Numbered from the stretch's first letter, positions 12,840-26,281 are shown. The stretch is DNA of 64,000 nt from Macrostomum lignano (GCA_002269645.1 NIVC01000438.1:159972-223971), one strand, 5' to 3'. The notes: generated from the sequence alone by a model not told the origin. Numbers and translations are program-made.

Positions 12840-14130
12840 GTATCTTGGCTGTAAGCGATTGTTTCTGGCTGTTGTAAGTGACTGTATCTTGGCTGTAAGT
12901 GACTGTATCTTGGCTGTAAGTGACTGTATCCTGGCTGTAAGTGACTGTATCTTGGCTGTAAGTGACTGTATCTTGGCTGTAAGTGACTGTATCTTGGCTG
13001 TAAGTGACTGTATCTGGCCGTAACTGACTGTCTTGGCTGTAATTGACTGTATCTGGCTGTAAGTGACTGTACTGGCTGTAAGTGACTGTATCTGGCTGTA
13101 ATTGACTGTATCTGGCTGTAAGTGACTGTATCTGGCTGTAATTGACTTTCTTGGCTGTAATTGTCTGTATCTGGCCGTAACTGACTGTATCTTGGCTGTA
13201 AGTGACTGTATCTTGACTGTAACTGACTGTATCTTGGCTGTAAGTGACTGTATCTTGACTGTAACTGACTGTATCTTGGCTGTAAGTGACTGTATCTTGA
13301 CTGTAACTGACTGTATCTTGGCTGAAAGTGACTGTATCTTGGCTTTAATTGACTGTATCTTGGCTGTAATTGACTGTATCTGGCCGTAACTGACTGTCTT
13401 GGCTGTAATTGACTGTATCTGGCTGTAAGTGACTGTACTGGCTGTAAGTGACTGTATCTGGCTGTAATTGACTGTATCTGGCTGTAAGTGACTGTATCTG
13501 GCTGTAATTGACTTTCTTGGCTGTAATTGTCTGTATCTGGCCGTAACTGACTGTATCTTGGCTGTAAGTGACTGTATCTTGACTGTAACTGACTGTATCT
13601 TGGCTGTAAGTGACTGTATCTTGACTGTAACTGACTGTATCTTGGCTGTAAGTGACTGTATCTTGACTGTAACTGACTGTATCTTGGCTGTAAGTGACTG
13701 TATCTTGGCTTTAATTGACTGTATCTTGGCTGTAATTGACTGTATCTGGCCGTAACTGACTGTCTTGGCTGTAATTGACTGTATCAGGCTGTAAGTGACT
13801 GTACTGGCTGTAAGTGACTGTATCTGGCTGTAATTGACTGTATCTGGCTGTAAGTGACTGTATCTGGCTGTAATTGACTTTCTTGGCTGTAATTGTCTGT
13901 ATCTGGCCGTAAGTGACTGCATCTTAGCTGTAATTGACTTTCTTGGCTGTAATTGTCTGTATCTGGCCGTAAGTGACTGCATCTTGGCTGTAATTGGCTG
14001 TAATTGACTGTATCTGGCTGTAATTGACTGTATCTGGCTGTAAGTGACTGTATCTGGCTGTAAGTGACTGTATCTGGCTGTAAGTGACTGTATCTGGCTG
14101 TAAGTGACTGTATCTGGCTGTAAGTGACTG
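12840..14130. repeat. 20/21-bp minisatellite TGACTGTATC(T)TGGCTGTAAG downstream of Claspin stop, with a 366-bp higher-order duplication
   Basis: Near-identical ORFs 13192-13389 and 13558-13755 are offset by 366 bp. Confidence 0.95.
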
Positions 14131-14642
14131 TAACTGTGTGAAGTGTTACACTGTCGGTCAATTTTGTGAAAGCATTTTAAACATATTGCATATTTATAAC
14201 TTTCCTATGCTTTTAATGAGGGAAAGCCGGTAAATGTTTACAAATATTCACTTCATTTTTCCAAGTTTATACTGCATTGTAATATTGCATCATTACATTA
14301 GTAGTTTCTCAACGTTACTACTTGCAGTTAGCAAGTATCGTTAGTATGTATTCATTATTTAACGTTTCATAAGTCTTGGATTAAAATTGTAAAGCCTACT
14401 TATTAAACAGTAAGCAAGTTTTAATCCATTAAAAATATTGGTGCTTTTCGGTTTCAATTCAGCATTAACTAATTAGCATTTTCTTTTAGATTCCATGTCA
14501 GCTGATAACTCTCTTCTCCAATTGTATATATAAATATCTATTTTCATGTTTCTGTTTTAATAATTACTTGCAATACATGATTACTGCTATTTACTTCTAC
14601 CAGCACTTTGTGCACCTTGCAACAGTTTAGTTGCTAACTAAA

Positions 14643-16884
14643 TATTGGCTAGATTAGCAATCCATTATATTTCAATTGATTTGTGATTGGCTGGATTAGC
14701 AATCCATTCTTATTCCAATTGATTGGTAATTGGCTAGATTAGCAATCCACTCTATTCCAATTGATATGTGATTGGCTAGATTAGCAATCCATTCTATTCC
14801 AATTGATCTGTGATATGGCTAGATTAGCAATCCATTCTTTTTCAATTGATTTGTGATTGGCTAGATTAGCAATCCATTCTATTCCAATTGATCTGTGATT
14901 GGCTAGATTAGCAATCCATTCTATTCCAACTGATTTGTGATTGGCTAGATTAGCAATCCATTCTTTTTCAATTGATTTGTGATTGGCTAGATTAGCAATC
15001 CATTCTATTCCAATTGATTTGATTGGCTAGATTAGCAATCCATTCTGTTCCAATTGATCTGTGATTGGCTAGATTAGCAATCCATTTTATTCCAATTTAT
15101 GTGTGATTGGCTAGATTAGCAATCCATTCTATTCCAATTGATCTGTGATTGGCTAGATTAGCAATCCATTCTATTCCAATTGATGTGTGATTGGCTAGAT
15201 TAGCAATCCATTCTATTCCAATTGATGTGTGATTGGCTAGATTAGCAATCCATTCTATTCCAATTGGTGTGTGATTTGCTAGATTAGCAATCCATTCTAT
15301 TCTAATTGATCTGTGATTTACTAGATTAGCAATCCATTCTATTCCAATTGATGTGTGATTGGCTAGATTAGTAATCCATTCTATTCCAATTGATGTGTGA
15401 TTGGCTAGATTAGCAATCCATTCTATTCCAACTGATTTGTGATTGGCTAGATTAGCAATCCATTCTTTTTCAATTGATTTGTGATTGGCTAGATTAGCAA
15501 TCCATTCTATTCCAATTGATTTGATTGGCTAGATTAGCAATCCATTCTGTTCCAATTGATCTGTGATTGGCTAGATTAGCAATCCATTTTATTCCAATTT
15601 ATGTGTGATTGGCTAGATTAGCAATCCATTCTATTCCAATTGATCTGTGATTGGCTAGATTAGCAATCCATTTTATTCCAATTTATGTGTGATTGGCTAG
15701 ATTAGCAATCCATTCTATTCCAATTGATCTGTGATTGGCTAGATTAGCAATCCATTCTATTCCAATTGATGTGTGATTGGCTAGATTAGCAATCCATTCT
15801 ATTCCAATTGGTGTGTGATTTGCTAGATTAGCAATCCATTCTATTCTAATTGATCTGTGATTTACTAGATTAGCAATCCATTCTATTCCAATTGATGTGT
15901 GATTGGCTAGATTAGTAATCCATTCTATTCCAATTGATGTGTGATTGGCTAGATTAGCAATCCATTCTATTCCAATTGATCTGTGATTGGCTAGATTAGC
16001 AATCCATTCTATTCCAATTGATCTGTGATTGGCTAGATTAGCAATCCATTCTATTCTAATTGATCTGTGATTTGCTAGATTAGCAATCCATTCTATTCTA
16101 ATTGATCTGTGATTTGCTAGATTAGCAATCCATTCTATTCTAATTGATCTGTGATTTACTAGATTAGCAATCCATTCTATTCCAATTGATGTGTGATTGG
16201 CTAGATTAGTAATCCATTCTATTCCAATTGATGTGTGATTGGCTAGATTAGCAATCCATTCTATTCCAACTGATTTGTGATTGGCTAGATTAGCAATCCA
16301 TTCTTTTTCAATTGATTTGTGATTGGCTAGATTAGCAATCCATTCTATTCCAATTGATTTGATTGGCTAGATTAGCAATCCATTCTGTTCCAATTGATCT
16401 GTGATTGGCTAGATTAGCAATCCATTTTATTCCAATTTATGTGTGATTGGCTAGATTAGCAATCCATTCTATTCCAATTGATCTGTGATTGGCTAGATTA
16501 GCAATCCATTTTATTCCAATTTATGTGTGATTGGCTAGATTAGCAATCCATTCTATTCCAATTGATCTGTGATTGGCTAGATTAGCAATCCATTCTATTC
16601 CAATTGATGTGTGATTGGCTAGATTAGTAATCCATTCTATTCCAATTGATGTGTGATTGGCTAGATTAGCAATCCATTCTATTCCAATTGATCTGTGATT
16701 GGCTAGATTAGCAATCCATTCTATTCCAATTGATCTGTGATTGGCTAGATTAGCAATCCATTCTATTCTAATTGATCTGTGATTTGCTAGATTAGCAATC
16801 CATTCTATTCTAATTGATCTGTGATTTGCTAGATTAGCAATCCATTCTATTCTAATTGATCTGTGATTTACTAGATTAGCAACC
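14643..16884. repeat. 42-bp intergenic minisatellite TGATTGGCTAGATTAGCAATCCATTCTATTCCAATTGATCTG (~53 units)
   Basis: Read directly; diagnostic CCAAC variant recurs at 14926, 15428 and 16266. Confidence 0.95.
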
Positions 16885-17460
16885 ATTACACTGCGCTCGG
16901 CCATAGCCAATCAAGTGCACAGCTTTCAAGTGCACAATTTTGATTAAGTCTGTCAAAAATGGATGCACAAATGCAAGTTTTTTCCATAGACAGCGAAGCA
17001 AAGGCACTGTTTTGTACCCCGGTGTCAAAATTGAATGCAAATTGTTAATAAAGATTGGTGTTTGTCATTTTTGGTTGAAAATCGTCATTATTGCATTTGA
17101 GTTTGTCAAAATAGGTTGAACATTTCAACAAGCGATACCACAGACTCAAAATTGAATGCAAAGATGTCAATATTGAGTGCAGATTTTTCAAAATCGCAAG
17201 TAAAAAAGTGTAGTTCATGCTGTTAGTAGATAATTGGCTCCCCTCAGCGATATCCATGCAGGCTTATCTTTCAGAATAAAAAATTCATGAGGGAATTAGC
17301 CTTGGCCACAGATATTTCAACAGTGAGCAATCATTTCCTTCATCTACGCGTAAGAGTACATGCGCTCGATACTCTGTGTTACTAAACATTTATTTCGATC
17401 CAGACTATAGGCTACATGTAAATCTTGAGCTTTTAAATTGCTACAACATTGCGCGTTATC

Positions 17461-18689
17461 ATGCCAGACCAGCAGCCACAGGTCAACTACATCAGCAGCA
17501 GCTCCAGCAGGCGTCGCTCCCGCTCCTACCGAGTGCTGCTCAGCCAGTCCCGACCTCGCGTCGATGAGGCCGAAAAATGTCAAGCCGCAGTCGACCTGAT
17601 GGTCGGTCGGGTGCGCGGCATTCTGGACGACATGAACCGGGCGGAGAAGCAGCGGGAACGGGCCGCCAGGGAGGCTGCCATCGAGGAGCGGACGGCGTTT
17701 CTGTTGAACAACTACGGCAGGCTGAAACGCATTGCGGAGTGCAACAGTCGCAGGCGCCTGTTTGAGGAGGTGGAGCAGCAGAGGAGGCTGAAGGCTGAAG
17801 GCGGAGGGTGTCCCGTAAGTGCCGATGAGGACTCCGCTTGAATAACCCTCCAACTCTCACGATCTGCTCCTCACCCAGTCTACTTCTCAATCTCATCCAG
17901 TCTACTTCCTCAATCTCATCCAGTCTACTTCTCAATCTCACCCAGTCTACGAGTACTTCTCAATCTCACCCAGTCTACTCAATCTCACCCAGTCTATTCA
18001 ATCTCACCCAGTCTACTTCTCAATCTCACCCAGTCTACTTCTCAATCTCACCCAGTCTACTTCTCAATCTCACCCAGTCTACTTCTCAATCTCATCCAGT
18101 CTACTTCTCAATCTCATCCAGTCTACTTCCTCAATCTCATCCAGTCTACTTCTCAATCTCACCCAGTCTACGAGTACTTCTCAATCTCACCCAGTCTACT
18201 CAATCTCACCCAGTCTATTCAATCTCACCCAGTCTACTTTTCAATCTTACCCAGTCTACTTCTCAATCTCACCCAGTCTACTTCTCAATCTCACCCAGTC
18301 TACTTCTCAATCTCACCCAGTCTACTTCTCAATCTCACCCAGTCTACTACTCAATCTCACCCAGTCTACTTCTCAATCTTACCCAGTCTACTTCTTAATC
18401 TCACTCAAACCCATTCCAGACTCCATCGCCAACTCCGTCGCAGCGTTCGACGCCACCGCCGCCCCCGCCGACACCTCCACCGGCGTCGCCGTCGCCTCAG
18501 TCGGCGTTCGAAGCCCGACGTCGCGCCGTCCGACGCCGCCTAAAAGCGTCGAGAGAGGCGCGCGCTGCGGCGGCTGCAGAGGCGGCCCGACTGGCGTCTA
18601 CGGGGGACGACGGGCGGGCAGAAGCGGTGATGGAGAAACTGCTGTACGAGGACTGCAGCGGCAGAGTGAGAGTCGGCGGCTTTTATTGA
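17461..18689 (+). CDS. Uncharacterised 2-exon protein (~207 aa): coiled-coil N-half, Pro-rich linker, C-terminal MEKLLYEDCSGRVRVGGFY; exons 17461-17814, 18420-18689
   Basis: GTAAGT donor at 17815 and ...CATTCCAG acceptor at 18419, both phase 0. GC-rich coding-like composition; exon 2 is open to TGA 18687-18689. Confidence 0.7.
17872..18398. repeat. 22-bp minisatellite TCTACTTCTCAATCTCACCCAG filling the intron of the orphan gene
   Basis: Read directly. Confidence 0.95.
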
Positions 18690-18729
18690 CGGTGAAGTGA
18701 GGGTCTTTGTTCAGTCTGAATTACTGGGG

Positions 18730-19124
18730 AATGACAGTAGTCTTTGTTCCCTGCGCATCAATGAGAAATGGCTGCAGTCTTTGTTCACACTGCATTAATG
18801 GGCAATGGCAGTAGTCTTTGTTCCCTGCGCATCAATGAGAAATGGCTGTAGTCTTTGTTCACACTGCATTAATGATGGGGAATGACATTAGTCTTTGTTC
18901 CCTGCGCATCAATGAGAAATGGCTGTAGTCTTTGTTCACACTGCATTAATGGGCAATGGCAGTAGTCTTTGTTCACACTGCATTAATGGGCAATGGCAGT
19001 AGTCTTTGTTCCCTGCGCATCAATGAGAAATGGCAGTAGTCTTTGTTCACACTGCATTAATGGGCAATGGCAGTAGTCTTTGTTCACACTGCATTAATGG
19101 GCAATGGCAGTAGTCTTTGTTCAC
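18730..19124. repeat. 37-bp two-variant minisatellite (GTAGTCTTTGTTCCCTGCGCATCAATGAGAAATGGC. / GTAGTCTTTGTTCACACTGCATTAATGGGCAATGGCA)
   Basis: Read directly; mostly alternating A/B units. Confidence 0.9.
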
Positions 19125-19629
19125 TCTAGGTATTGGAAGTAGTTAGTTAAGACCATTTCATGTGCGATAAGCGTACCTATGTGCTATGTGATAAGTGTAT
19201 TAGTTGGTCCTGCCGCTTAACCACATTTTTTGTTATTTTCTTTTCACTTTCTTATATAATACTTTTAGCAGCATACGGGGCCCATATAAATTTGTACCTG
19301 AAACTTATTCCCTACAGTTTTTTAATTTTGAAAGTTTTCTGTACCGGAACGTGAAAGCAAATATAAATATTATTGGTTTATTTATTTACTAAGCAATTGT
19401 CTGTTCAGGGACCAGAGATTCTTGCGTTGATGAAGTTGTTTTTTAGTTGCTATAAAAATACATCGCTCAGTCAGTTAGTTTAAGTTAATAACCGGTGTCT
19501 AGTACTATAAGTAGGGAGGGACTAGGGATTAAAACTACAGTGATTAAATAATTAAATGCTGCTTTTCTACTCATCATATTATGCTGCTTTTGCAAACTGC
19601 CTTCAAATTTATTATTCCGGAAAAGCACA

Positions 19630-19723
19630 AGACAGACAGGCAGACAGACAGACAGAAAGCCAGACAGACAGACAGAGGCACTAAAACAGACAGACAGACA
19701 GACAGACAGACAGAGGCACTAAA

Positions 19724-19780
<57 letters not shown>

Positions 19781-19786
19781 GGCACT

Positions 19787-19846
<60 letters not shown>

Positions 19847-19916
19847 GGCACTCAAACAGACAGACAGAGGCACTCAAACAGACAGACAGACAGACAGACG
19901 GACAGACAGAGGCACT

Positions 19917-19947
<31 letters not shown>

Positions 19948-19977
19948 ACGGACAGACAGACAGCCAGAGGCACTAAA

Positions 19978-20019
<42 letters not shown>

Positions 20020-20092
20020 GGACAGACAGAGGCACTCAAACAGACAGACAGACAGAGGCACTAAAACAGACAGACAGACAGACAGAGGCACT

Positions 20093-20132
<40 letters not shown>

Positions 20133-20164
20133 GGCACTCAAACAGACAGACAGACAGAGGCACT

Positions 20165-20200
<36 letters not shown>

Positions 20201-20206
20201 GGCACT

Positions 20207-20250
<44 letters not shown>

Positions 20251-20256
20251 GGCACT

Positions 20257-20304
<48 letters not shown>

Positions 20305-20344
20305 GGCACTAAAACAGACAGACAGACAGACAGACAGAGGCACT

Positions 20345-20392
<48 letters not shown>

Positions 20393-20401
20393 GGCACTAA
20401 A

Positions 20402-20442
<41 letters not shown>

Positions 20443-20490
20443 GGCACTCAAACAGACAGACAGACAGACAGACGGACAGACAGAGGCACT

Positions 20491-20521
<31 letters not shown>

Positions 20522-20580
20522 ACGGACAGACAGACAGCCAGAGGCACTAAAACAGACAGACAGACAGACAGACAGACACA
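19630..20580. repeat. (GACA)n microsatellite punctuated by GAGGCACT(C/A)AAA
   Basis: Read directly. Confidence 0.97.
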
Positions 20581-20984
20581 CAAAATAAAATAAAAAGAAG
20601 TGAGAAAAGTGAGTAAATTTAAAATCTAACTTGCACACAAATGCCAATGGCTGGGTGATTGATGCTGATATTTTGGCAATAAAAACAGTTTAAGTTCTGC
20701 GGCAGGAGAGATTACAATTCAATTGGAATTTCTCCAACTCTGATATTTACTATACAACTTATAAGCACAACAAAACGAAAAAACACATGGGTTGACTTAA
20801 CAACATTCTGCATACATGTAGCTACCAGAAAATTTTTCATTGATATAATATCCAATATGTGACACGTTATACCCAATGTAAAATCCTTAATTTGGATGTT
20901 TTATGTAATACATCCCCTTCTACTGTTTTTATCTTATATTTCATCCGTATAAAATCCCAAAATATGATATTTTATCCACTAAAA

Positions 20985-22330
20985 TCACAAATTGGAATAT
21001 TTCATCTACTAATATCCCAAATGGGATATTTCAACCTCTAAAATAAAAAATGGGATATTCCATCCCCTAAAATCCCAAAGTGGGATATTTTAACCCGTAA
21101 AGCCCTAAAATGGGATATTTCAACCCCTAAAATCCAAAAATGGGATATTTCAACCCGTAAAACCCAGAAATGGGATAATTCAACCCCTAAAAGCTCAAAA
21201 TGGGATAATTCAACCCCTATAATCACATAATGGGATATTTCAACTCCTAAAATTCCAAAAGGGGATAATTCAACCCTAAAATCTCATAATGAGATATTTC
21301 AACCCCTAAAATCCTAAAATGGGATCATTCAACCCCTAAAATCCTAAAATGGGATAATTCAACCCCTAAAATCTCAAAATGGGATAATTCAACCCCTAAA
21401 ATCCTAACATGGGATATTTCATCCCCTAAAATCCTAAAATGGGATCATTCAACCTTTAAAATCCTAAAATAGGATCATTCAACCCCTAAAATCCTAAAAT
21501 GGGATAATTCAACCCCTAAAATCTCAAAATGGGATATTTCATCCCCTAAAATCCTAAAATGGGATCATTCAAACCCTAAAATCCCTAAATGGGATCATTC
21601 AACCCCTAAAATCCTAAAATGGGATCATTCAACCCCTAAAATCCTAAAATGGGATCATTCAAACCCTAAAATCCCTAAATGGGATCATTCAACCCCTAAA
21701 ATCCTAAAATGGGATCATTCAACCCCTAAAATCCTAAAATGGGATAATTGAACCCCTAAAATCTCAAAATGGGATAATTCAAGCCCTAAAATCCTAAAAT
21801 GGGATAATTGAACCCCTAAAATCTCAAAATGGGATAATTCAACCCCTAAAATCCTAAAATGGGATCATTCAACCCCTAAAATCCTAAAATGGGATCATTC
21901 AACCCCTAAAATCCTAAAATGGGATCATTCAACCCCTAAAATCCTAAAATGGGATCATTCAAACCCTAAAATCCTAAAATGGGATAATTGAACCCCTAAA
22001 ATCTCAAAATGGGATAATTCAAGCCCTAAAATCCTAAAATGGGATAATTGAACCCCTAAAATCTCAAAATGGGATAATTCAAGCCCTAAAATCCTAAAAT
22101 GGGATCATTCAACCCCTAAAATCCTAAAATGGGATAATTCAACCCCTAAAATCTCAAAATGGGATATTTCATCCCCTAAAATCCTAAAATGGGATCATTC
22201 AAACCCTAAAATCCTAAAATGGGATATTCCATCCCCTAAAATCACAAAATAGGATATTTCAACCCCTAAAATCCTAAAATGGGATATTTCATCTCCTAAA
22301 ACCCAAAATGGGATTTTTCATCCCTTAAAA
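20985..22330. repeat. 30-bp minisatellite ATGGGAT(C/A)ATTCAACCCCTAAAATCCTAAA with degenerate flanks
   Basis: 30-bp periodicity visible as two units per 60-nt line in the core. Confidence 0.95.
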
Positions 22331-22413
22331 TCACAAAACTACTGTATTTTAACCTACTGTATAAAACGCCCAAATAGGATATTTAACTATGCAGTATGTA
22401 CATGCAGTATCAG

Positions 22414-25400
22414 TCAACCAGTCTCAGCGGCGGCCCAGGCAGCCAGCCACCTGGAATACCTATCCGAGTCGCTAGTTGACCAATACCTCATGGTAGAATC
22501 GTCCCAGAACAGATACCGGCAGTTACTGGCGTCGTAAAACAGCCTGCTAGATGAGCTATAGTACAGGCCTGTGACCGGGTCATAGTACAGTCCAGAGCTG
22601 GGCTCGTACTGCAGTCTGGACATCTCTGGTGGCGCTGTTGAAGCTGGCAGAGACAGCTCACTGTGCTCAAGAGCAACCCGAGTCTGCTGCCTGTTACCCG
22701 AGCTTTCTATAAGCCAGGCAGCTGTGGGCAGATCCGAAAAATCTGAGCAGCGATAGAGACGAAGCACAGACAGGGTTGAGCTGTCCGCTGCCGCCGAGAG
22801 CAGCACTGCTCCGCCAAGATGGCGGCATCTGAAAAAAATTGATATTGAAAATTCGTTTGTTTTAGCAAATTACTATATTTAAATCGAAATGTCCTAATGA
22901 TAGTACCAAAACTCCTCAATAAGTAGAAAGTAATAAATATGGCTAGAACTTTATATGAATACAGATAGAAAATGACGCAATATAACTAAAATATTCACTA
23001 ACACTTCGCGAATGTCTTCCTCCATCACAGGCGGATTCAGGTGCTGTCGCACCAAGTGCTTCGTCGACGAAGAAATCGTGGAGGACGCTTCTTTCTCGTC
23101 CTCCTGATCGACAGTCGCTTGAGCCAGACACTGAGCCGATTCTGGCGACCAGACCCGACGCAGGCCGTTAGTAAAACCGGCTCTCCTAGCTAATCTACTG
23201 TCAGATGAAGCGACTACAACACCTGCAGAACCGTTGGTGTTATCCAAAATTTTGTACACGGCACTGGCTAAACTACTTGCAGCTTTTGTTGGCTTCGTTG
23301 AGACGATTCCGCAGCCGAACAGGCAGACGACAAGTTGGGCGCGAATCGTTTTGGAGGCTCCTGCCAGAGATGGCAAACTGGTTAGCAGAACTGCAGCTGG
23401 CAGGCTGACGTGATGCGCTACTATGAGTAGCAAGTTGGAATTCACTTCGGATTGTGAATGGCTAAAAAATATTTTTTTTTCAAATATTTGTTTAAAATAT
23501 CCCATCAGGATAATCCCAGCTCTAAAATATCCCATCAGGATAATCCCAGCTCTAAAATATCCCATCAGGATAATCCCAGCTCTAAAATATCCCATCAGGA
23601 TAATCCCAGCTCTAAAATATCCCATCAGGATAATCCCAGCTCTAAAATATCCCATCAGGATAATTCCAGCTCTAAAATATCCCATCAGGATAATCCCAGC
23701 TCTAAAATATCCCATCAGGATAATCCCAGCTCTAAAATATCCCATCAGGATAATCCCAGCTCTAAAATATCCCATCAGGATAATCCCAGCTCTAAAATAT
23801 CCCATCAGGATAATCATAGCTCTAAAATATCCCATCAGGATAATCATAGCTCTAAAATATCCCATCAGGATAATCATAGCTCTAAAATATCCCATCAGGA
23901 TAATTCCAGCTCTAAAATATCCCATCAGGATAATCCCAGCTCTAAAATATCCCATCAGGATAATCCCAGCTCTAAAATATCCCATCAGGATAATCCCAGC
24001 TCTAAAATATCCCATCAGGATAGTCCCAGCTCTAAAATATCCCATCAGGATAATCCCAGCTCTAAAATATCCCATCAGGATAATTCCAGCTCTAAAATAT
24101 CCCATCAGGATAATCCCAGCTCTAAAATATCCCATCAGGATAATCCCAGCTCTAAAATATCCCATCAGGATAATCCCAGCTCTAAAATATCCCATCAGGA
24201 TAGTCCCAGCTCTAAAATATCCCACCAGGACAATCCCAGCTCTAAAATATCCCATCATGAGAATTCAGGCTAGAATAAGAACAAAAGAATGAACTGTAAA
24301 CTGACTGCTCACTCATTATCAACAGATTCCTGTGCTATTTCTGACACAGCCGCTTCTTTTGCTTCCTGTTTCTTTTCTGCTTTTTCTCCCTGCCTGAGCA
24401 GCAAGTCTCGCAGCTGAACCGGCCTGACACATTTGCAAGTCCCGGCAGTAGATTTGATCAGTTCAACTATCGATCCCAGGTCCCGTTCTGGTTGGAATTG
24501 GCTGCCGGCTTGTAAATCAGCAGATTTGACATCTATGGGTGCAGTTGAGCCCAGCTTGGCCAGTTTGTCGTCCAGCTGATCAAGGAAGTCTCCAGCGCAG
24601 GCCTCGGTTTCTGCAAGATCGTCGGCAGCGTCCGAGGCTTCGGGCAGGCGCTGCAGTTCAGACAGGCGGGCGTCGAGCTCGGCACGTCCGAATAGGGGAG
24701 CCGCTGTTGCTGGGGTGTTGCTGAGAAAGGAGAGGAGAGGAGATGCGACTATGATTAAAATAGAAATGCAAAAAAGCAAACTTTAAAAAAGAAACAATAT
24801 CGGCTCAACAAGTTAGACGATTCTCATCCCAAATCAGAGGATTCTGATCCCAAATCAGAGGATTCTGATCCCAAATCAGACGATTCTGATCCCAAATCAG
24901 AGGATTCTGATCCCAAATCAGAGGATTCTGATCCCAAATCAGAGGATTCAGATCCCAAATCAGAGGATTCTGATCCCAAATCAGAGGATTCTGATCCCAA
25001 ATCAGAGGATTCTGATCCCAAATCAGAGGATTCTGATCCTAAATCATGAGATTCTGATCCTAAAGAGGATTTTGATCCCAAATCAGAGGATTCTGATCCC
25101 AAATCAGAGGATTCTGATCCCAAATCAGAGGATTCTGATCCTAAATCATGAGATTCTGATCCTAAAGAGGATTTTGATCCCAAATCATGAGGTTATGATC
25201 CCAAATCATGGGGTTATGATCCCAAATAATAGGATTATGATCCCAAAAAGGATTCTGATCCCAAATCATGGGATTATGATCCCAAAAAGGATTCTGATCC
25301 CAAATCATGGGATTATGATCCCAAAAAGGATTCTGATCCCAAATCAGAGGATTATGATTCCAAATTGTGAGATTATGAATGGATCCTATATCATAGGATT

Positions 25401-25890
25401 ATGATCCCAAATCGGGGGATTCTAATATCAAATAAGATGATTTTTATCCCAAATTTGATTCTGATCCCTAATTTATGGATGCTGATCCTCAAATTGCCAA
25501 CTCCCAAAATACTGGTTAGAAATAAAATACGCCCCAAAAAACAGCGGGAACTGTGTCTCACCCAGTAGAGCAGGCCAACATGGAGGCCACTACACGCAGT
25601 TGACTCAGCAGCTCAGCATAGGCCTCGCGCCATCGCTTGAACGCATCCGAAACCACCTGACCGATGAGCTGCAGGTCGGCGTTGGCGACATCCGTCACGC
25701 CGCAGCTGCGATCGACGCGCAGGCGGGCACCCTGTAGGACGTTCTGCACGTCGCGGCTGCAGCGGCGGACGGCCAACAGCAGCTGCTGGTCGCACGGCTG
25801 CAGGGACAGCTCCGGCTGCCAACTGCCACCGCGGCGGGGGCGCTTCAGTGGCGGCTGCGGCAGGCGTGGGATGGGTGACGCTGATGAGCT
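22414..25890 (-). CDS. Helical/coiled-coil protein with a degenerate RBM5/10-like RRM and C-terminal OCRE (Tyr-rich octamer repeat) domain; exons ~25890-25562, 24720-24313, 23404-23003, 22828-22414; start not located
   Basis: Three introns are phase-2 matched (GTGAG, GTGAG, GTTAGT donors); the 23404 acceptor was chosen for frame. YEPSSGLYYDPVTGLYYSSSSRLFYDASNCRYLFWD fits OCRE. STKHLVRQHLNPPVMEEDIREV..SDFSDLPTAAWLIES loosely parallels RBM5 RRM1. Confidence 0.6.
23493..24256. repeat. 30-bp minisatellite AAAATATCCCATCAGGATAATCCCAGCTCT (~25 units) in an intron of the OCRE gene
   Basis: Read directly; very homogeneous. Confidence 0.97.
24826..25480. repeat. 21-bp minisatellite GATTCTGATCCCAAATCAGAG in an intron of the OCRE gene, degenerating toward higher coordinates
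   Basis: Read directly. Confidence 0.93.
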
Positions 25891-25900
25891 GCTGGCTTGC

Positions 25901-25952
25901 TGTCTGTCTGTCTGCCTGTCTGTCTGTCTGTCTGTCTGTCTGTCTGCCTGCC

Positions 25953-26017
<65 letters not shown>

Positions 26018-26076
26018 GCCTGTCTGCCTGCCTGTCTGTCTGTCTGTCTGTCTGTCTGTCTGCCTGTCTGTCTATG

Positions 26077-26117
<41 letters not shown>

Positions 26118-26133
26118 GCCTGCCTGCCTGCCT

Positions 26134-26164
<31 letters not shown>

Positions 26165-26238
26165 CGTCTGTCTGTCTGCCTGCCAGCCTGTCTGTCTGTC
26201 TGTCTGCCTGCCAGCCTGTCTGTCTGTCTGTCTGCCAG

Positions 26239-26281
<43 letters not shown>

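Noticed and set aside
12438-14161. 514-aa minus ORF and related short ORFs
   Set aside because: Repeat-derived plus antisense shadow of the last Claspin exon.
20985-22330. Telomere-like CCCTAAA words
   Set aside because: Single motif embedded in a 30-bp unit, not tandem telomeric repeats.
22951-24292. 435/289/271-aa ORFs with MGYFRAGIIL or KYPIRIIPAL repeats
   Set aside because: 30-bp array is open in several frames; only 23404-23003 is a plausible exon.
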